Source: Pseudomonadota bacterium (GTDB lineage: Bacteria > Pseudomonadota > Gammaproteobacteria > JAKAQQ01). From it: DNA of 64,000 nucleotides. A program made the translations under genes and the position numbers. The notes under the pieces are model-generated. The model worked only from the letters and a program-made list of their open reading frames with translations. It made no database searches and had not been told where the DNA came from. Numbering within the stretch: position 1 is the first letter of the stretch; every line of letters begins with the position of its first letter. Of this stretch, positions 21,322 to 30,777 are shown in pieces. The stretch covers positions 44,421 through 108,420 of the forward strand of contig JAJZYM010000001.1 of NCBI GenBank assembly GCA_021798115.1, in the 5' to 3' direction.

Positions 21322-22189
21322 CCCCTCACGCCGCACCCTCCCCCGCGCGCAGATTGCCCGCCGCCGTCTGACCGCGGCCGCCGGCTGGAGCCTGGCGGCC
21401 GCGGCCTTCGGGATCCTCGCCCTCGCGATGATCCACATCCTTGGGCTCACGTTCGTGCGCGGCCTCGCCGCCCTCGGGCCGCGGATTCTGACACGCAACA
21501 CCGAGGGCACGGGGGGCGGGCTGCACAACGCCATCGTCGGCACCTTCGCCCTCAGCCTCGGGGCGCTCCTTCTCGTCGCCCCCCTCGGCGTGACGGTCGG
21601 AATCTATCTCAGTGAGTTCGGACACGGCCGCTTCGCGGCGCTCGTCCGTTTCCTGAGCGATGTCCTCGTGGGCGTCCCCTCGATCGTCCTCGGCTATTTC
21701 GGCTACATCACCCTTGTGCTCAAATTTGGTTGGCGGTTCAGCCTCGCGGCGGGAGCCGTCACGCTCGCGATCCTGATGCTGCCGTACGTCGTGCGCACCA
21801 CCGAGCAGGCGCTGCGTCGCGTTCCGGTCGCCCTGCGGGAAGCCGCCTACGCCCTCGGCGGAAACGACCGTCAGGTGGTCCTCCGCATTCTCCTACGCGC
21901 CGCCGCCCCCGGGGTCCTCACCGGGCTCCTCCTCGCGCTCACCCTGGCCACGGGGGAGACCGCCCCGCTCCTCTACACCGCCGGCTGGTCGAACTACGTC
22001 TGGAGCGGACGACTCATCCATCAGCCGGTGGCGTACCTCACCTACGTCATCTGGTCGTTCATCGGAGAACCCTTCCGTTCGGCGCACCGTCTCGCCTACG
22101 CCGCGGCCTTTCTCATCGTGATCTTCATTCTTCTCATCAACGGCGTGACCCGCTTCGCTCTGGCCCGATTCTTCGGCGAGAGCCGCTGA
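21314..22189 (+). CDS. pstA: phosphate ABC transporter permease PstA
   Basis: ...[29 protein letters not shown]... resembles the E. coli PstA N-terminus, and ...[21 protein letters not shown] is the ABC TM signature. GTG at 21314 overlaps the pstC end, so the long upstream in-frame extension was rejected. Confidence 0.8.
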   Translation: MSDPSRRTLPRAQIARRRLTAAAGWSLAAAAFGILALAMIHILGLTFVRGLAALGPRILTRNTEGTGGGLHNAIVGTFALSLGALLLVAPLGVTVGIYLSEFGHGRFAALVRFLSDVLVGVPSIVLGYFGYITLVLKFGWRFSLAAGAVTLAILMLPYVVRTTEQALRRVPVALREAAYALGGNDRQVVLRILLRAAAPGVLTGLLLALTLATGETAPLLYTAGWSNYVWSGRLIHQPVAYLTYVIWSFIGEPFRSAHRLAYAAAFLIVIFILLINGVTRFALARFFGESR

Positions 22190-22190
22190 T

Positions 22191-22225
22191 CCCGGCCGGG
22201 CCTATAATTGGCCCTGTTTCCCCCC
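22191..22225 (+). terminator. GC hairpin CCCGGCCGGGCC-TATAATT-GGCCC followed by a U-rich run; likely pstA terminator (loop coincidentally TATAAT)
   Basis: A perfect GGGCC/GGCCC stem immediately follows the pstA stop codon and is followed by TGTTTCCCCCC. It may also overlap the metK promoter. Confidence 0.3.
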
Positions 22226-22245
22226 ACTTCTCCGGAGGCGCCGCC

Positions 22246-23424
22246 GTGGGCGAGAACTTCATCTTCACGTCCGAATCGGTCTCTGAAGGGCACCCGGACA
22301 AGGTCGCCGACCAGATTTCGGACGCCATTCTCGACGCCATCCTCAAAGACGACCCGCGCGCGCGCGTCGCCTGCGAGACCCTGGTCAAGACCGGCGTCGC
22401 CATCGTGGCCGGCGAGGTCAGCACCCAGGCGTGGGTCGATCTCGACGATCTCGTCCGCGACGTGATCCGGGACATCGGCTACACGAGCTCCGACGTCGGC
22501 TTCGACGCCCAGACCTGCGGCGTCATCTCCCTGATCGGCAAACAGTCGGTCGACATCAGCCGCGGGGTCGACCGGGAGGCCCCCGAGAAGCAGGGGGCCG
22601 GCGACCAGGGACTCATGTTCGGCTACGCCAGCGACGAGACCGAGGTCCTCATGCCGGCGCCGATCACCTACGCGCACCGCCTCATGCAGCGCCAGTCCAC
22701 CGTCCGCCGTCAGGGGCTTCTCCCCTGGCTGCGCCCCGACGCCAAGAGCCAGGTCACCCTGCGTTACGAAAACGGCCGGCCCGTCGCCTGCACCGCGGTC
22801 GTTCTCTCGACCCAACACGATCCGGACGTGAGCACGGGCGACCTGGTGGAAGCGGTTCACGAACTCATCATCAAGCCCGTGCTTCCCGCCTCATGGATGA
22901 CCCGCGAGACGGCGGTCCACATCAATCCCACCGGACGCTTCGTCACCGGGGGCCCGGCCGGCGACTGCGGCCTCACCGGCCGCAAGATCATCGTCGACAC
23001 CTATGGGGGGATGGCGCGCCACGGCGGCGGAGCCTTTTCCGGCAAAGATCCCTCGAAAGTCGACCGCTCGGCGGCCTACGCCGCGCGTCACATCGCCAAG
23101 AACATCGTCGCCGCTTCGCTCGCCCGCCGCTGCGAAGTGCAACTCGCCTACGTGATCGGCCAGGCCGAGCCGGCGGCGGTCCAGATCGAAACCTTTGGAA
23201 CGTCGTCCCTGGACAACACCGCCCTCACCCGTCTCGTACGTGAACACTTCGATCTCACCCCGCACGGCATCATCCGGTCCTTGGACCTCATACGGCCCAT
23301 CTACCGCAAAACTGCAGCGTACGGACACTTCGGACGCCCCGATCCCGATTTCCTCTGGGAACAGACCGACAAGGCCGAGATCCTCCGGGATGCGGTCCCG
23401 ACCCGCGCCCTTCTCCAACACTGA
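22246..23424 (+). CDS. metK: S-adenosylmethionine synthetase
   Basis: GTG at 22246 is preceded by GGAGG. The translation [31 protein letters not shown]...[22 protein letters not shown] is near-identical in motif content to E. coli MetK. Confidence 0.9.
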   Translation: MGENFIFTSESVSEGHPDKVADQISDAILDAILKDDPRARVACETLVKTGVAIVAGEVSTQAWVDLDDLVRDVIRDIGYTSSDVGFDAQTCGVISLIGKQSVDISRGVDREAPEKQGAGDQGLMFGYASDETEVLMPAPITYAHRLMQRQSTVRRQGLLPWLRPDAKSQVTLRYENGRPVACTAVVLSTQHDPDVSTGDLVEAVHELIIKPVLPASWMTRETAVHINPTGRFVTGGPAGDCGLTGRKIIVDTYGGMARHGGGAFSGKDPSKVDRSAAYAARHIAKNIVAASLARRCEVQLAYVIGQAEPAAVQIETFGTSSLDNTALTRLVREHFDLTPHGIIRSLDLIRPIYRKTAAYGHFGRPDPDFLWEQTDKAEILRDAVPTRALLQH

Positions 23425-23436
23425 GCCGAGGTCCCC

Positions 23437-24855
23437 ATGGCCGCCTTTCCCGCCCCCGCTTCCGAGGCCGTTGTCCGCGACCTGTCCCTCGCTCCCTGGG
23501 GACGCCGTGAAATCGAACAGGCCGAGAGCGAGATGCCGGGGCTTGCGGCACTGCGCACCCGGCTGGCCCCGGCCCAACCACTCGCCGGCGCGCGCATCGC
23601 CGGCTGCCTTCACGCCACGGTCGAGACCGCCGTCCTCGTTGAGACCCTTCTTGCCCTGGGCGCCCGGGTGCGCTGGTCGTCCTGCAACATTTTCTCGACC
23701 GAAGATCACGCCGCCGCGGCTCTTGCGGCACGGGGGGTCGCCATTTTCGCCAAGAAAGGCGAAACACTCGAGGAATACTGGACGTACGTCCACCGCACGC
23801 TCGAGTGGACGGCCGCGGGAGCGCCCGGACCCACGCTTCTCCTCGACGACGGGGGCGATCTCACGTCTGTTCTCCTGCTCGGAGCGGACGCCGAGAACAA
23901 TCCCGCGCTCCTGCGCCACGCGGCGAACGACGAGGAACGGGCACTCAACACCGTCGTCCAGCGCACCCTGGCCGCGGACCCGCACTTTTATTCCCGTCGC
24001 CTCGCCGACGTTCGCGGCGTGAGCGAAGAGACAACCACGGGCGTTCGGCGCCTTTACGAGCGCGCTCGCCAAGGGCGCCTTCCCTTCCCGGCCATCAACG
24101 TCAACGACGCGGTCACCAAATCGAAGTTCGACAATCTCTACGGCTGCCGTGAATCCCTCCTCGACGGGATCAAGCGGGCCTGCGACGTCATGATCGCGGG
24201 CAAACTCGCCGTGATTCTCGGCTACGGTGACGTCGGCAAAGGCTGTGCCCAGGCGCTGCGCGCGCTCGGCGCCCGGGTGGCCGTCACCGAGATCGATCCG
24301 ATCTGCGCCCTCCAGGCGGCAATGGAAGGCTACGCCGTCGTCCGGCTCGAGGACGTGGTGGCTCAAGCCGACATTTTCGTCACCGCCACGGGCAACGTTG
24401 GCGTGATCCGCCACGAACACCTCCTCGCCATGAAAGACCGGGCCCTCGTTGCCAACATCGGTCACTTCGACGCGGAAATCGACATTGCTTCTCTCCGCCC
24501 CTACCCCTGGACGAACATCAAACCCCAGGTTGACGAAGTCACGCTCCCGAACGGCCGCCGCCTCATCGTGCTGGCCGAGGGACGGCTCGTCAATCTCGGC
24601 TGCGCCAGCGGGCATCCCAGCTTCGTCATGTCCGCTTCCTTCAGCAACCAGGTCCTCGCGCAGATCGAGCTCCACACGCGCGCCGCTTCCTACACACCCG
24701 GGGTTCACGTTCTCCCGAAAAAACTCGACGAGGAGGTCGCGCGTCTGCATCTCGACAAACTCGGGGCCCGACTCACCACCCTGAGCCCCGAGCAGTCCGC
24801 GTACCTCGGCATCGACCCCGAAGGGCCGTTCAAACCGGACCATTACCGATACTGA
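23437..24855 (+). CDS. ahcY: adenosylhomocysteinase
   Basis: ...LLDDGGDLT..., a [14 protein letters not shown]-binding motif and C-terminal ...PDHYRY at 472 aa. It sits 12 nt after metK (the operon). Confidence 0.9.
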   Translation: MAAFPAPASEAVVRDLSLAPWGRREIEQAESEMPGLAALRTRLAPAQPLAGARIAGCLHATVETAVLVETLLALGARVRWSSCNIFSTEDHAAAALAARGVAIFAKKGETLEEYWTYVHRTLEWTAAGAPGPTLLLDDGGDLTSVLLLGADAENNPALLRHAANDEERALNTVVQRTLAADPHFYSRRLADVRGVSEETTTGVRRLYERARQGRLPFPAINVNDAVTKSKFDNLYGCRESLLDGIKRACDVMIAGKLAVILGYGDVGKGCAQALRALGARVAVTEIDPICALQAAMEGYAVVRLEDVVAQADIFVTATGNVGVIRHEHLLAMKDRALVANIGHFDAEIDIASLRPYPWTNIKPQVDEVTLPNGRRLIVLAEGRLVNLGCASGHPSFVMSASFSNQVLAQIELHTRAASYTPGVHVLPKKLDEEVARLHLDKLGARLTTLSPEQSAYLGIDPEGPFKPDHYRY

Positions 24856-24899
24856 GCCGCACGGTGCCCACGGGGTCTCCTCGCGGGCGTGCCCGACCG

Positions 24900-25840
24900 T
24901 CACGTCACCCCGCGAGTCAGCTCCTCGAGTCCTTCCTCCAACCCGATCCCGGGAAGCCATGGCTCTTCGCGCAGACGGCCAATACCGGCCCGCGAGAAGC
25001 GAATCGCGCCCGTGGGCTCGGGGACGAAACGGTCGCAAGAGGACGTCGGGCGGCCCGTTCGAGCCGGCAAACGAGTTCCCGCACGCTCACCGACTCCCCG
25101 CGCGCGACATTCACCACCCCGTGGATCTCTCCGAAAAGCGCACGGGCGTTGACGCGCGCAACGTCCCGCACGTGGACAAAATCCCGCTCCTGCAGTCCGT
25201 CGCCGTGCACTTCCAGGGGATCTCCCCGGGCCAGGCGGGTGAGGAATTTCGCGATCACCCCACTGTACGGCGACGCGGGATCCTGGCGGGTGCCGTAGAC
25301 GCTGAAGTCGCGCAACCCCAGCGTCGGATACCCGTGCGGCCGCGCGTAGAGATCCGCGTACGCCTCGTCGACGGCTTTCTCGAGTCCGTAGGGCGACAGC
25401 GGGACGCCCGGAGCCGTTCGGCCACGGGCACCGGGCCGGGATCCCCGTAAACCGCTGCCGAAGAGACGTAGACCAGCGTGCCCCCGCCCGCCGGGCGGCA
25501 TCGAGAACGGCGACGTACCCGAGCACGTTCTCGGAACAGGACGACACCGGGTCCTGGACGCTCCGCTCCACAGAGACCTGGGCGGCCCGATGCAGGACAT
25601 GGGTGACCCCCTGCATGACCCGTTCAAGAAGCGCCGTATCGCGAATGTCGCCGCGGACGAACTCGAGCACCGGATGCACGGGCAGATTCGCCATCCGCCC
25701 GGTTCTGAGGTCGTCGACCACACGGACCCGCTCTCCTTCCGCAAGAAGGAAATCGACGGTAGGCGATCCGATGACCCCCGCCCCACCGGTGACAAGGACG
25801 AGGGGAGGACGGGACGGCGATGCCGTCACGAGACAACCCC
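24900..25840 (-). pseudogene. NAD-dependent epimerase/dehydratase, apparently frameshifted (frame A-B-A)
   Basis: The Rossmann N-terminus VLVTGGAGVIGSPTVDFLL and the C-terminus IGLEEGLEELTRG are in one frame (ORF 24900..26261). The central catalytic part PYGLEKAVDEAYADLYARPHGYPTLGLRDFSVYG (YxxxK region) is in another (ORF 24917..25795). Confidence 0.5.
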
Positions 25841-25965
25841 ACGCGGAAGCGCAGGCAGGCGCCGCCCGCCCCCCGACCCCGCCGCACGGGTTCCGGGAGC
25901 GACGAGAGGCCGCAAACCCGGGGGGGTTCCTGTCCCTCGCCTGGGCGCCGACAGGCGGCAGCGCC

Positions 25966-26649
25966 CTAGCGATCCTTCCTCTCACCGCGTTGACGAAGCC
26001 GGACGAGGGTCGTCCCATCACCCACCGGGAGGAGGACGGCCTCGACGCGAGGATCGCGGTGGACCTTGTCGTTGAACGTCCGCAAAGCCTCGGTCTCGGC
26101 GTCGCGGACAGCCGGATCCGCGACCGCCCCACCCCAGAGGGTGTTGTCCACCAAAAGAAGTCCTCCCGGCCGCAAAAGGGCGAGGATGCGCTCGTAGTAA
26201 GCGGCGTACGATTCCTTGTCGGCGTCGAGGAGGGCGAGATCGAAAGGCGGCACACCCTCACCGCTCAGCGCCTCGAGGCTCGCCATCGCCGGAGCCAAGC
26301 GGAGTTCGATCTTCTCGTCGACCCCGTAGGAGCGCCACCACGTGCGCGCCAGAGCGGTCACGTCCGGGTCGCGATCCAGCACCACACAGCGGCCTTCGGG
26401 CGGCATCGCCAGCGCCACAGCGAGAGCGCTGTAGCCGGTGAAGACACCGAGTTCGAGATAACGGCGGACCCCGAGAAGACGCACGAGCAAGGCCAGAAAG
26501 GCCCCCTGCTCAGGCGAAAGCTGCATGTCGGCGTCAGCCCGCTCGGCCGTTCTCTGCCTCAACGTGGCCAAGGCTTCGGGCTCGTGCCAACCGACGCGCT
26601 GCATATAATCATAGAGCTGCGTCCCAAGAGTGAACGAGCGTCGCGACAT
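25966..26649 (-). CDS. class I SAM-dependent O-methyltransferase (caffeoyl-CoA OMT family)
   Basis: ...YLELGVFTGYSALAVALAMP...VVLDRDP...LLRPGGLLLVDNTLWGG matches the SAM-binding motifs. The start was taken at MSRRSFTLG. Confidence 0.7.
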   Translation of the reverse strand: MSRRSFTLGTQLYDYMQRVGWHEPEALATLRQRTAERADADMQLSPEQGAFLALLVRLLGVRRYLELGVFTGYSALAVALAMPPEGRCVVLDRDPDVTALARTWWRSYGVDEKIELRLAPAMASLEALSGEGVPPFDLALLDADKESYAAYYERILALLRPGGLLLVDNTLWGGAVADPAVRDAETEALRTFNDKVHRDPRVEAVLLPVGDGTTLVRLRQRGERKDR

Positions 26650-27454
26650 GAATCGTCCTCTTCCGGACACCAATCAAACGACCGATTGTAGCAATCCTCA
26701 CCGGTCGAGAGCTCTGGAGGTGGCCGTTCTCTCGGACCTTCATCTGACGGCGCGCCCCGCGGTCCGCTTCCGCGGCGTGGACACGCACACGAGCCTTGAA
26801 CGCGTCCTCGAGGCCGTCGCGGCCGTCCCTCCCGATGTGGTCCTTCTCACCGGCGACCTCAGCCACGACGGCAGTGAACAAAGTTACCGGGCGCTCGCCT
26901 CTTTGCTCGCCCCCCTGGGCCGTCCGTGGTACGCCCTCGCCGGCAACCACGACGAGCCCGCGGAGCTGATGCGGATCTTCGGGCCCGAGCGACTCCTCGA
27001 CGATCTCGTCGCGGGTCGCTGGCGACTCCGCGGGCTCACGAGCGCCGTCCCCGGCCGCCTCGAGGGTCGGCTGGGCACACGCGATCGTCAGCGCCTCCTC
27101 GAAGATCTCACCCACTCCGACCAGGACTGGATCGTGGCCCTCCACCACCACCCGGTCGCGACCGGGAGCGGGTGGATCGATGGCTCGATGCTTGAGGGTG
27201 CCGAGGGGTTCCTCGAACTCTGCGCCGCCTCGGGTCGCGTGCGGGCCGTTCTCTACGGTCACATCCACGACGCCCGGGACGTGCGACGCGGACCGCTCGC
27301 TCTCTACGCCACCCCCTCGACGTGCCTGGCGTTTCCCCACCCCTCGCCGGGGCTCGACGACCTGCACCCCCCTACGCCCGTCGGCTGGCGGAGGATCCTG
27401 CTCCATCCCGACGGACATCACGAAACGGAGGTCCATTGGCTCCCCCCCGCCTGA
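26648..27454 (+). CDS. metallophosphoesterase (CpdA/calcineurin-like phosphodiesterase family)
   Basis: VLSDLHL...LLTGDLSHDG...LAGNHD...ALHHHP...YGHIHD matches the metallophosphoesterase signature motifs. The start is uncertain because it would abut the divergent OMT start. Confidence 0.6.
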   Translation: MNRPLPDTNQTTDCSNPHRSRALEVAVLSDLHLTARPAVRFRGVDTHTSLERVLEAVAAVPPDVVLLTGDLSHDGSEQSYRALASLLAPLGRPWYALAGNHDEPAELMRIFGPERLLDDLVAGRWRLRGLTSAVPGRLEGRLGTRDRQRLLEDLTHSDQDWIVALHHHPVATGSGWIDGSMLEGAEGFLELCAASGRVRAVLYGHIHDARDVRRGPLALYATPSTCLAFPHPSPGLDDLHPPTPVGWRRILLHPDGHHETEVHWLPPA

Positions 27455-28032
27455 AGCACGCCACGCCCGAGGAAACACTCGTCGCCTACTACCGCCTGCT
27501 GCGCACGCACGGGCTCAACGACGCCCACAGCGGGAACGTCTCACTCTGTGACGGGGCGCGCGTCTGGATCACGCCCACCGGAGCCTGCGCCGATCTCCTC
27601 GAACCCGGGGAGATCCTGTCCTTCCCGCTGGCCGAGGCTCCTCCTCAGGGGTCGTCTCTCGACGCCCCGCTCCATCGGGAGACCTACCGGCGCAACCCCG
27701 AGGCCCGCGCGGTCTTCCACGCCCACGGCGTCTACGCCCTCGCGCTCAGTCTTGTCTCGGAGCGCATCCACCCGATCGACTTCGAGGGGGCCTACTATTT
27801 CAGCGACGTACCGATCCTCGACGTGCCCTACGCTGATTACCTCCGTCTTGCGCCCGGACGCGTGGCGGAAACCCTTCGTGATCATCCGCTCTGTCTCGTC
27901 CGCGGCCACGGACTCTACGCGTGGGGGCGCACCCCCGACCAAGCCTACAAATGGATCTCGTCCTTCGAGAGCTCGGCGCACCTGGTCGCGCTGGCCCGGC
28001 TGCTCGGCGCAGCGGAGCCAAAGTCGCCCTGA
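27436..28032 (+). CDS. class II aldolase/adducin-domain protein
   Basis: ...HSGNVSL... and ...VFHAHGVYALALS... with metal-binding His residues. The proposed TTG start at 27436 overlaps the upstream gene's end, but no ATG is available and the start is uncertain. Confidence 0.55.
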   Translation: MAPPRLKHATPEETLVAYYRLLRTHGLNDAHSGNVSLCDGARVWITPTGACADLLEPGEILSFPLAEAPPQGSSLDAPLHRETYRRNPEARAVFHAHGVYALALSLVSERIHPIDFEGAYYFSDVPILDVPYADYLRLAPGRVAETLRDHPLCLVRGHGLYAWGRTPDQAYKWISSFESSAHLVALARLLGAAEPKSP

Positions 28033-28105
28033 TCGGCCCGCCCTCCCCGGCGACGGGGGACATCTTCTCCCTTAGGCTCACGGCGTCCCCCCGTGGAGCC
28101 TTCCC

Positions 28106-29596
28106 GTGCGCACGACCGTCCACGCTCAGGAGCTCCTACGCGCGATCGACCGCTCGCTCACCGCTCTCGAGGCGTCTCTGCGCCGAGGCCACAGCGAAGA
28201 ATTTCGTGCGTATCTCCGTGTCATGGCGCGCTTTCACCGCTACTCGAGCCGCAACGTCTGGCTCATTCTGCGCCAGCGTCCCGGGGCCCGGCTCGTCGCC
28301 GGCCACGTGCGTTGGCGAAGCCTCGGCCGCCACGTCCGTCAGGGCGAGCGGGGCATCGCTATCCTGGCACCCACGACGAGGCGTCGGCTCGACGCATCCA
28401 GCGGCCGTGAGGAACGCCACATCGAAGGCTTTCACGTCGCCCGCGTCTGGGACCTCGAACAGACGGACGGACGACCGTTGCCGGATTACATTGGCGCCGG
28501 GATCGACGGACAGCTTGATCCCGACACCCTCAGGCGGGCGCTTGAGACCCCCCCCGTCCCGGTCCGCTTCGCCGCGATCCGCGGCGACGGGGAGACCGAC
28601 GGACGGGAAATCCGTCTCGCCCCGGATCTCTCACCGGCCCGTACGCTTGTCGCCCTCGCTCACGAATGGGCCCACGTTCTCCTCCACTTCCGACCCGAGA
28701 GCGACGGGGCGGATCTTCCTGCCGAGGCACGCGAGCTCGAGGCGGAAGGGACCGCCTACGTGGTCGCCGCCCATTTTGGGATTGCGGACCGTTCGGGTTG
28801 CGATTACATCCTCTCCTACGGAGGAAGCGCCGAGAGCCTCGAGCGGCGGATCGAACGGATCCGCTGGGCCTCCGGGACGATTCTCGAGCATCTACGGGTC
28901 CCTGTGGGCGCAGAGGATTCAGGATTGCGCGACCACCTCACCGAGAATGCGTTTCCACTCCTCCCCGAGTCCGGCCCGCTCGGCGAAGGCACGTGCGAAG
29001 CGGGGGCGTCCGCAGGCGGTCTCGAGGAGCACCTGGACATCGCTCCACCAGGTGGCCCGTTCGGCGTAACGCCACGAGAGGCGGGCCTTGGCGGGGAAGA
29101 GGACCTCACGGTACCAGCGCTCGGGATCGGTCTGCCGGGCGAGAAGCGCTTCCTCGCAACGGCAGAGGATCGAGCTCGGATCGGTGATGCCCGGACGCAG
29201 CTCGAGGAGCGAGCGTGCCTCCCCGTGGTCGAAGAGCGCAGCGTAGGTCGGGACTTCGGGGCGCGCGCCGACGAACGTCATGCGCCCCGCGAGGACATCG
29301 ATGAGCTGCGGCCATTCGTCGATCTTGGTGCGCCGAAGCCGGGATCCGATCCGGGTGACTCGGGGGTCCCCCCCGACCGTGAGGGCGGCCCCTCCCATCC
29401 CCGCTCGCATGGTGCGGAATTTGTGAAGCGTGAAGCGACGGCCGCCGCGTCCGAGCCGCTCTTGGCGGTAGAGAACCGGGCGTCCGTCCGCACAGAGGAT
29501 GACGAAAGCGACGACGAGGGCCGGCAACGCCAGGGCGACCAGCAGGACGAACGCCAGGACGATGTCACGTCCCCGGGTACGCCTCACCGGCGGTGA
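28106..29596 (+). CDS. ArdC-like protein: N-terminal ssDNA-binding ArdC-N (DUF1738-like) domain plus HExxH metallopeptidase-like domain
   Basis: ...FHRYSSRNVWLILRQRPGARLVAGHVRWRSLGRHVRQGERGIAILAPTT...VARVWDLEQTDGRPLPDY matches the ArdC-N motif pattern, followed by LAHEWAHVLLH. The ORF stays open to 29596 in GC-rich sequence. The functional protein probably ends near 29000, since the 3' part overlaps the convergent pglC-like gene. Confidence 0.5.
   Translation: MRTTVHAQELLRAIDRSLTALEASLRRGHSEEFRAYLRVMARFHRYSSRNVWLILRQRPGARLVAGHVRWRSLGRHVRQGERGIAILAPTTRRRLDASSGREERHIEGFHVARVWDLEQTDGRPLPDYIGAGIDGQLDPDTLRRALETPPVPVRFAAIRGDGETDGREIRLAPDLSPARTLVALAHEWAHVLLHFRPESDGADLPAEARELEAEGTAYVVAAHFGIADRSGCDYILSYGGSAESLERRIERIRWASGTILEHLRVPVGAEDSGLRDHLTENAFPLLPESGPLGEGTCEAGASAGGLEEHLDIAPPGGPFGVTPREAGLGGEEDLTVPALGIGLPGEKRFLATAEDRARIGDARTQLEERACLPVVEERSVGRDFGARADERHAPREDIDELRPFVDLGAPKPGSDPGDSGVPPDREGGPSHPRSHGAEFVKREATAAASEPLLAVENRASVRTEDDESDDEGRQRQGDQQDERQDDVTSPGTPHRR
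28919..29587 (-). CDS. undecaprenyl-phosphate sugar phosphotransferase (small PglC/WbaP-C-terminal-type bacterial sugar transferase)
   Basis: GTG at 29587 overlaps the TGA of the upstream aminotransferase (GTGA). The sequence LVVAFVILCADGRPVLYRQERLGRGGRRFTLHKFRTM...DEWPQLIDVLAGRMTFVGARPE matches PglC-like motifs. Confidence 0.7.
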   Translation of the reverse strand: MRRTRGRDIVLAFVLLVALALPALVVAFVILCADGRPVLYRQERLGRGGRRFTLHKFRTMRAGMGGAALTVGGDPRVTRIGSRLRRTKIDEWPQLIDVLAGRMTFVGARPEVPTYAALFDHGEARSLLELRPGITDPSSILCRCEEALLARQTDPERWYREVLFPAKARLSWRYAERATWWSDVQVLLETACGRPRFARAFAERAGLGEEWKRILGEVVAQS

Positions 29597-30777
29597 CGCC
29601 CCAGCACGTCCCAGACGACCGCCACCACATCCTCGGCGTCCTCGTCCGCGAGCCCGGGATGAAACGGGAGACTCAGGAGCCTCCGGCCTGCCTCGTGGGT
29701 CCTCGGCAGATCGCCGGGCTGGTAACCGTAACGCTCTCGGTAGTACGGCTGCTCGTGAAGCGGGAGGAAATGCACCGAAGCGCCGATCCCCCGCTCCTGG
29801 AGCTCCTCGAGAATCGTTCCCCGCTCGGCGTCGAGCGCCTCGAGAACGAGACGGACCGGGTAGAGATGGTGGGCGCTCTCCACCCCCGGGCGTGTCACGG
29901 GCCGACGCAGCCAAGGGCAGTCGGCAAACCGAGCGTGGTAGAGAGCGGCGAGTTGCCGCCGCCGTTCCTGGAAGCCGGCAAAGCGCTTGAGTTGCACGAG
30001 GCCGAGTGCCGCCGCCACATCGGTCATGTTGTACTTGTAGCCCGGGGCCAGCACGGCGTACGACCACGGACCCCCGCGTTCGTAGCGACGGTAGGCGTCG
30101 CGGCTGAGACCGTGCAGGGCCAGCGGACGAGCTTTCTCGAGGAAAGCCGGATCGGCAACGAGAAGACCCCCCTCGCCGGTGGTGAGGTTCTTGGTCGCGT
30201 AGAAGCTGAACGCCACCGGATGACCTCCGACCCCCACCGGTCGCCCGCCGCTCGAAGCGCCCAGGGAATGGGCGGCATCCTCGACAAAAAGGAGATCGCG
30301 GGCGGCGCAGAGGGCACGCAGTGCGTCGAGCTCGGCCGGATGCCCGGCGTAGTCGACCGCGATCACGGCCCGCGTGCGCGGACCGATGCGACGGGCGACA
30401 TCGTCGGGATCGAGCGTGAGGACATCGTCGAGCACATCGGCAAACACCGGCCGCGCCCCAAGATGTTCCACGACGTTGGCGGTCGCCGCAAACGTGAGCG
30501 AAGGCACGATCACCTCGTCGCCGGGGCCGATCGCGGCGACGGCGAGGGAGAGATGCAGGGCGGCCGTGCACGAGCTCAGGGCCAGCGCCTCGGTCACGCC
30601 GATCGTCTCGGCCATCGCCCGTTCGAAGGCGGCCACACGCGGACCCGTGGTCAGCCAGCCGGAACGCAAAACCTCGACGACAGCGTTGACCTCATCCTCC
30701 CCGAGACACGGAGGAGCGAGGGGAAGATAGCCGCGGCGTGGACGCGGCGGAGACGAAACGGGCGTGTTCACGACGAA
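29584..30777 (-). CDS. DegT/DnrJ/EryC1/StrS family PLP-dependent sugar aminotransferase
   Basis: ...LSSCTAALHLSL...EVIVPSLTFAATAN...FSFYATKNLTTGEGG.... The start is approximate, with no clear ATG near the expected N-terminus. Confidence 0.75.
   Translation of the reverse strand, partial: FVVNTPVSSPPRPRRGYLPLAPPCLGEDEVNAVVEVLRSGWLTTGPRVAAFERAMAETIGVTEALALSSCTAALHLSLAVAAIGPGDEVIVPSLTFAATANVVEHLGARPVFADVLDDVLTLDPDDVARRIGPRTRAVIAVDYAGHPAELDALRALCAARDLLFVEDAAHSLGASSGGRPVGVGGHPVAFSFYATKNLTTGEGGLLVADPAFLEKARPLALHGLSRDAYRRYERGGPWSYAVLAPGYKYNMTDVAAALGLVQLKRFAGFQERRRQLAALYHARFADCPWLRRPVTRPGVESAHHLYPVRLVLEALDAERGTILEELQERGIGASVHFLPLHEQPYYRERYGYQPGDLPRTHEAGRRLLSLPFHPGLADEDAEDVVAVVWDVLGRHRR

Noticed and set aside
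22190-22245. SAM or SAH riboswitch upstream of metK-ahcY
   Set aside because: The leader is only about 55 nt and is dominated by a simple GC hairpin. It is too short for SAM-I or SAH aptamers and has no recognisable SAM-II pseudoknot features.
22891-25038. 715-aa minus-strand ORF
   Set aside because: It is antisense to metK and ahcY, both of which have near-textbook protein sequences. It has Gly/Arg/Asp-rich low complexity.
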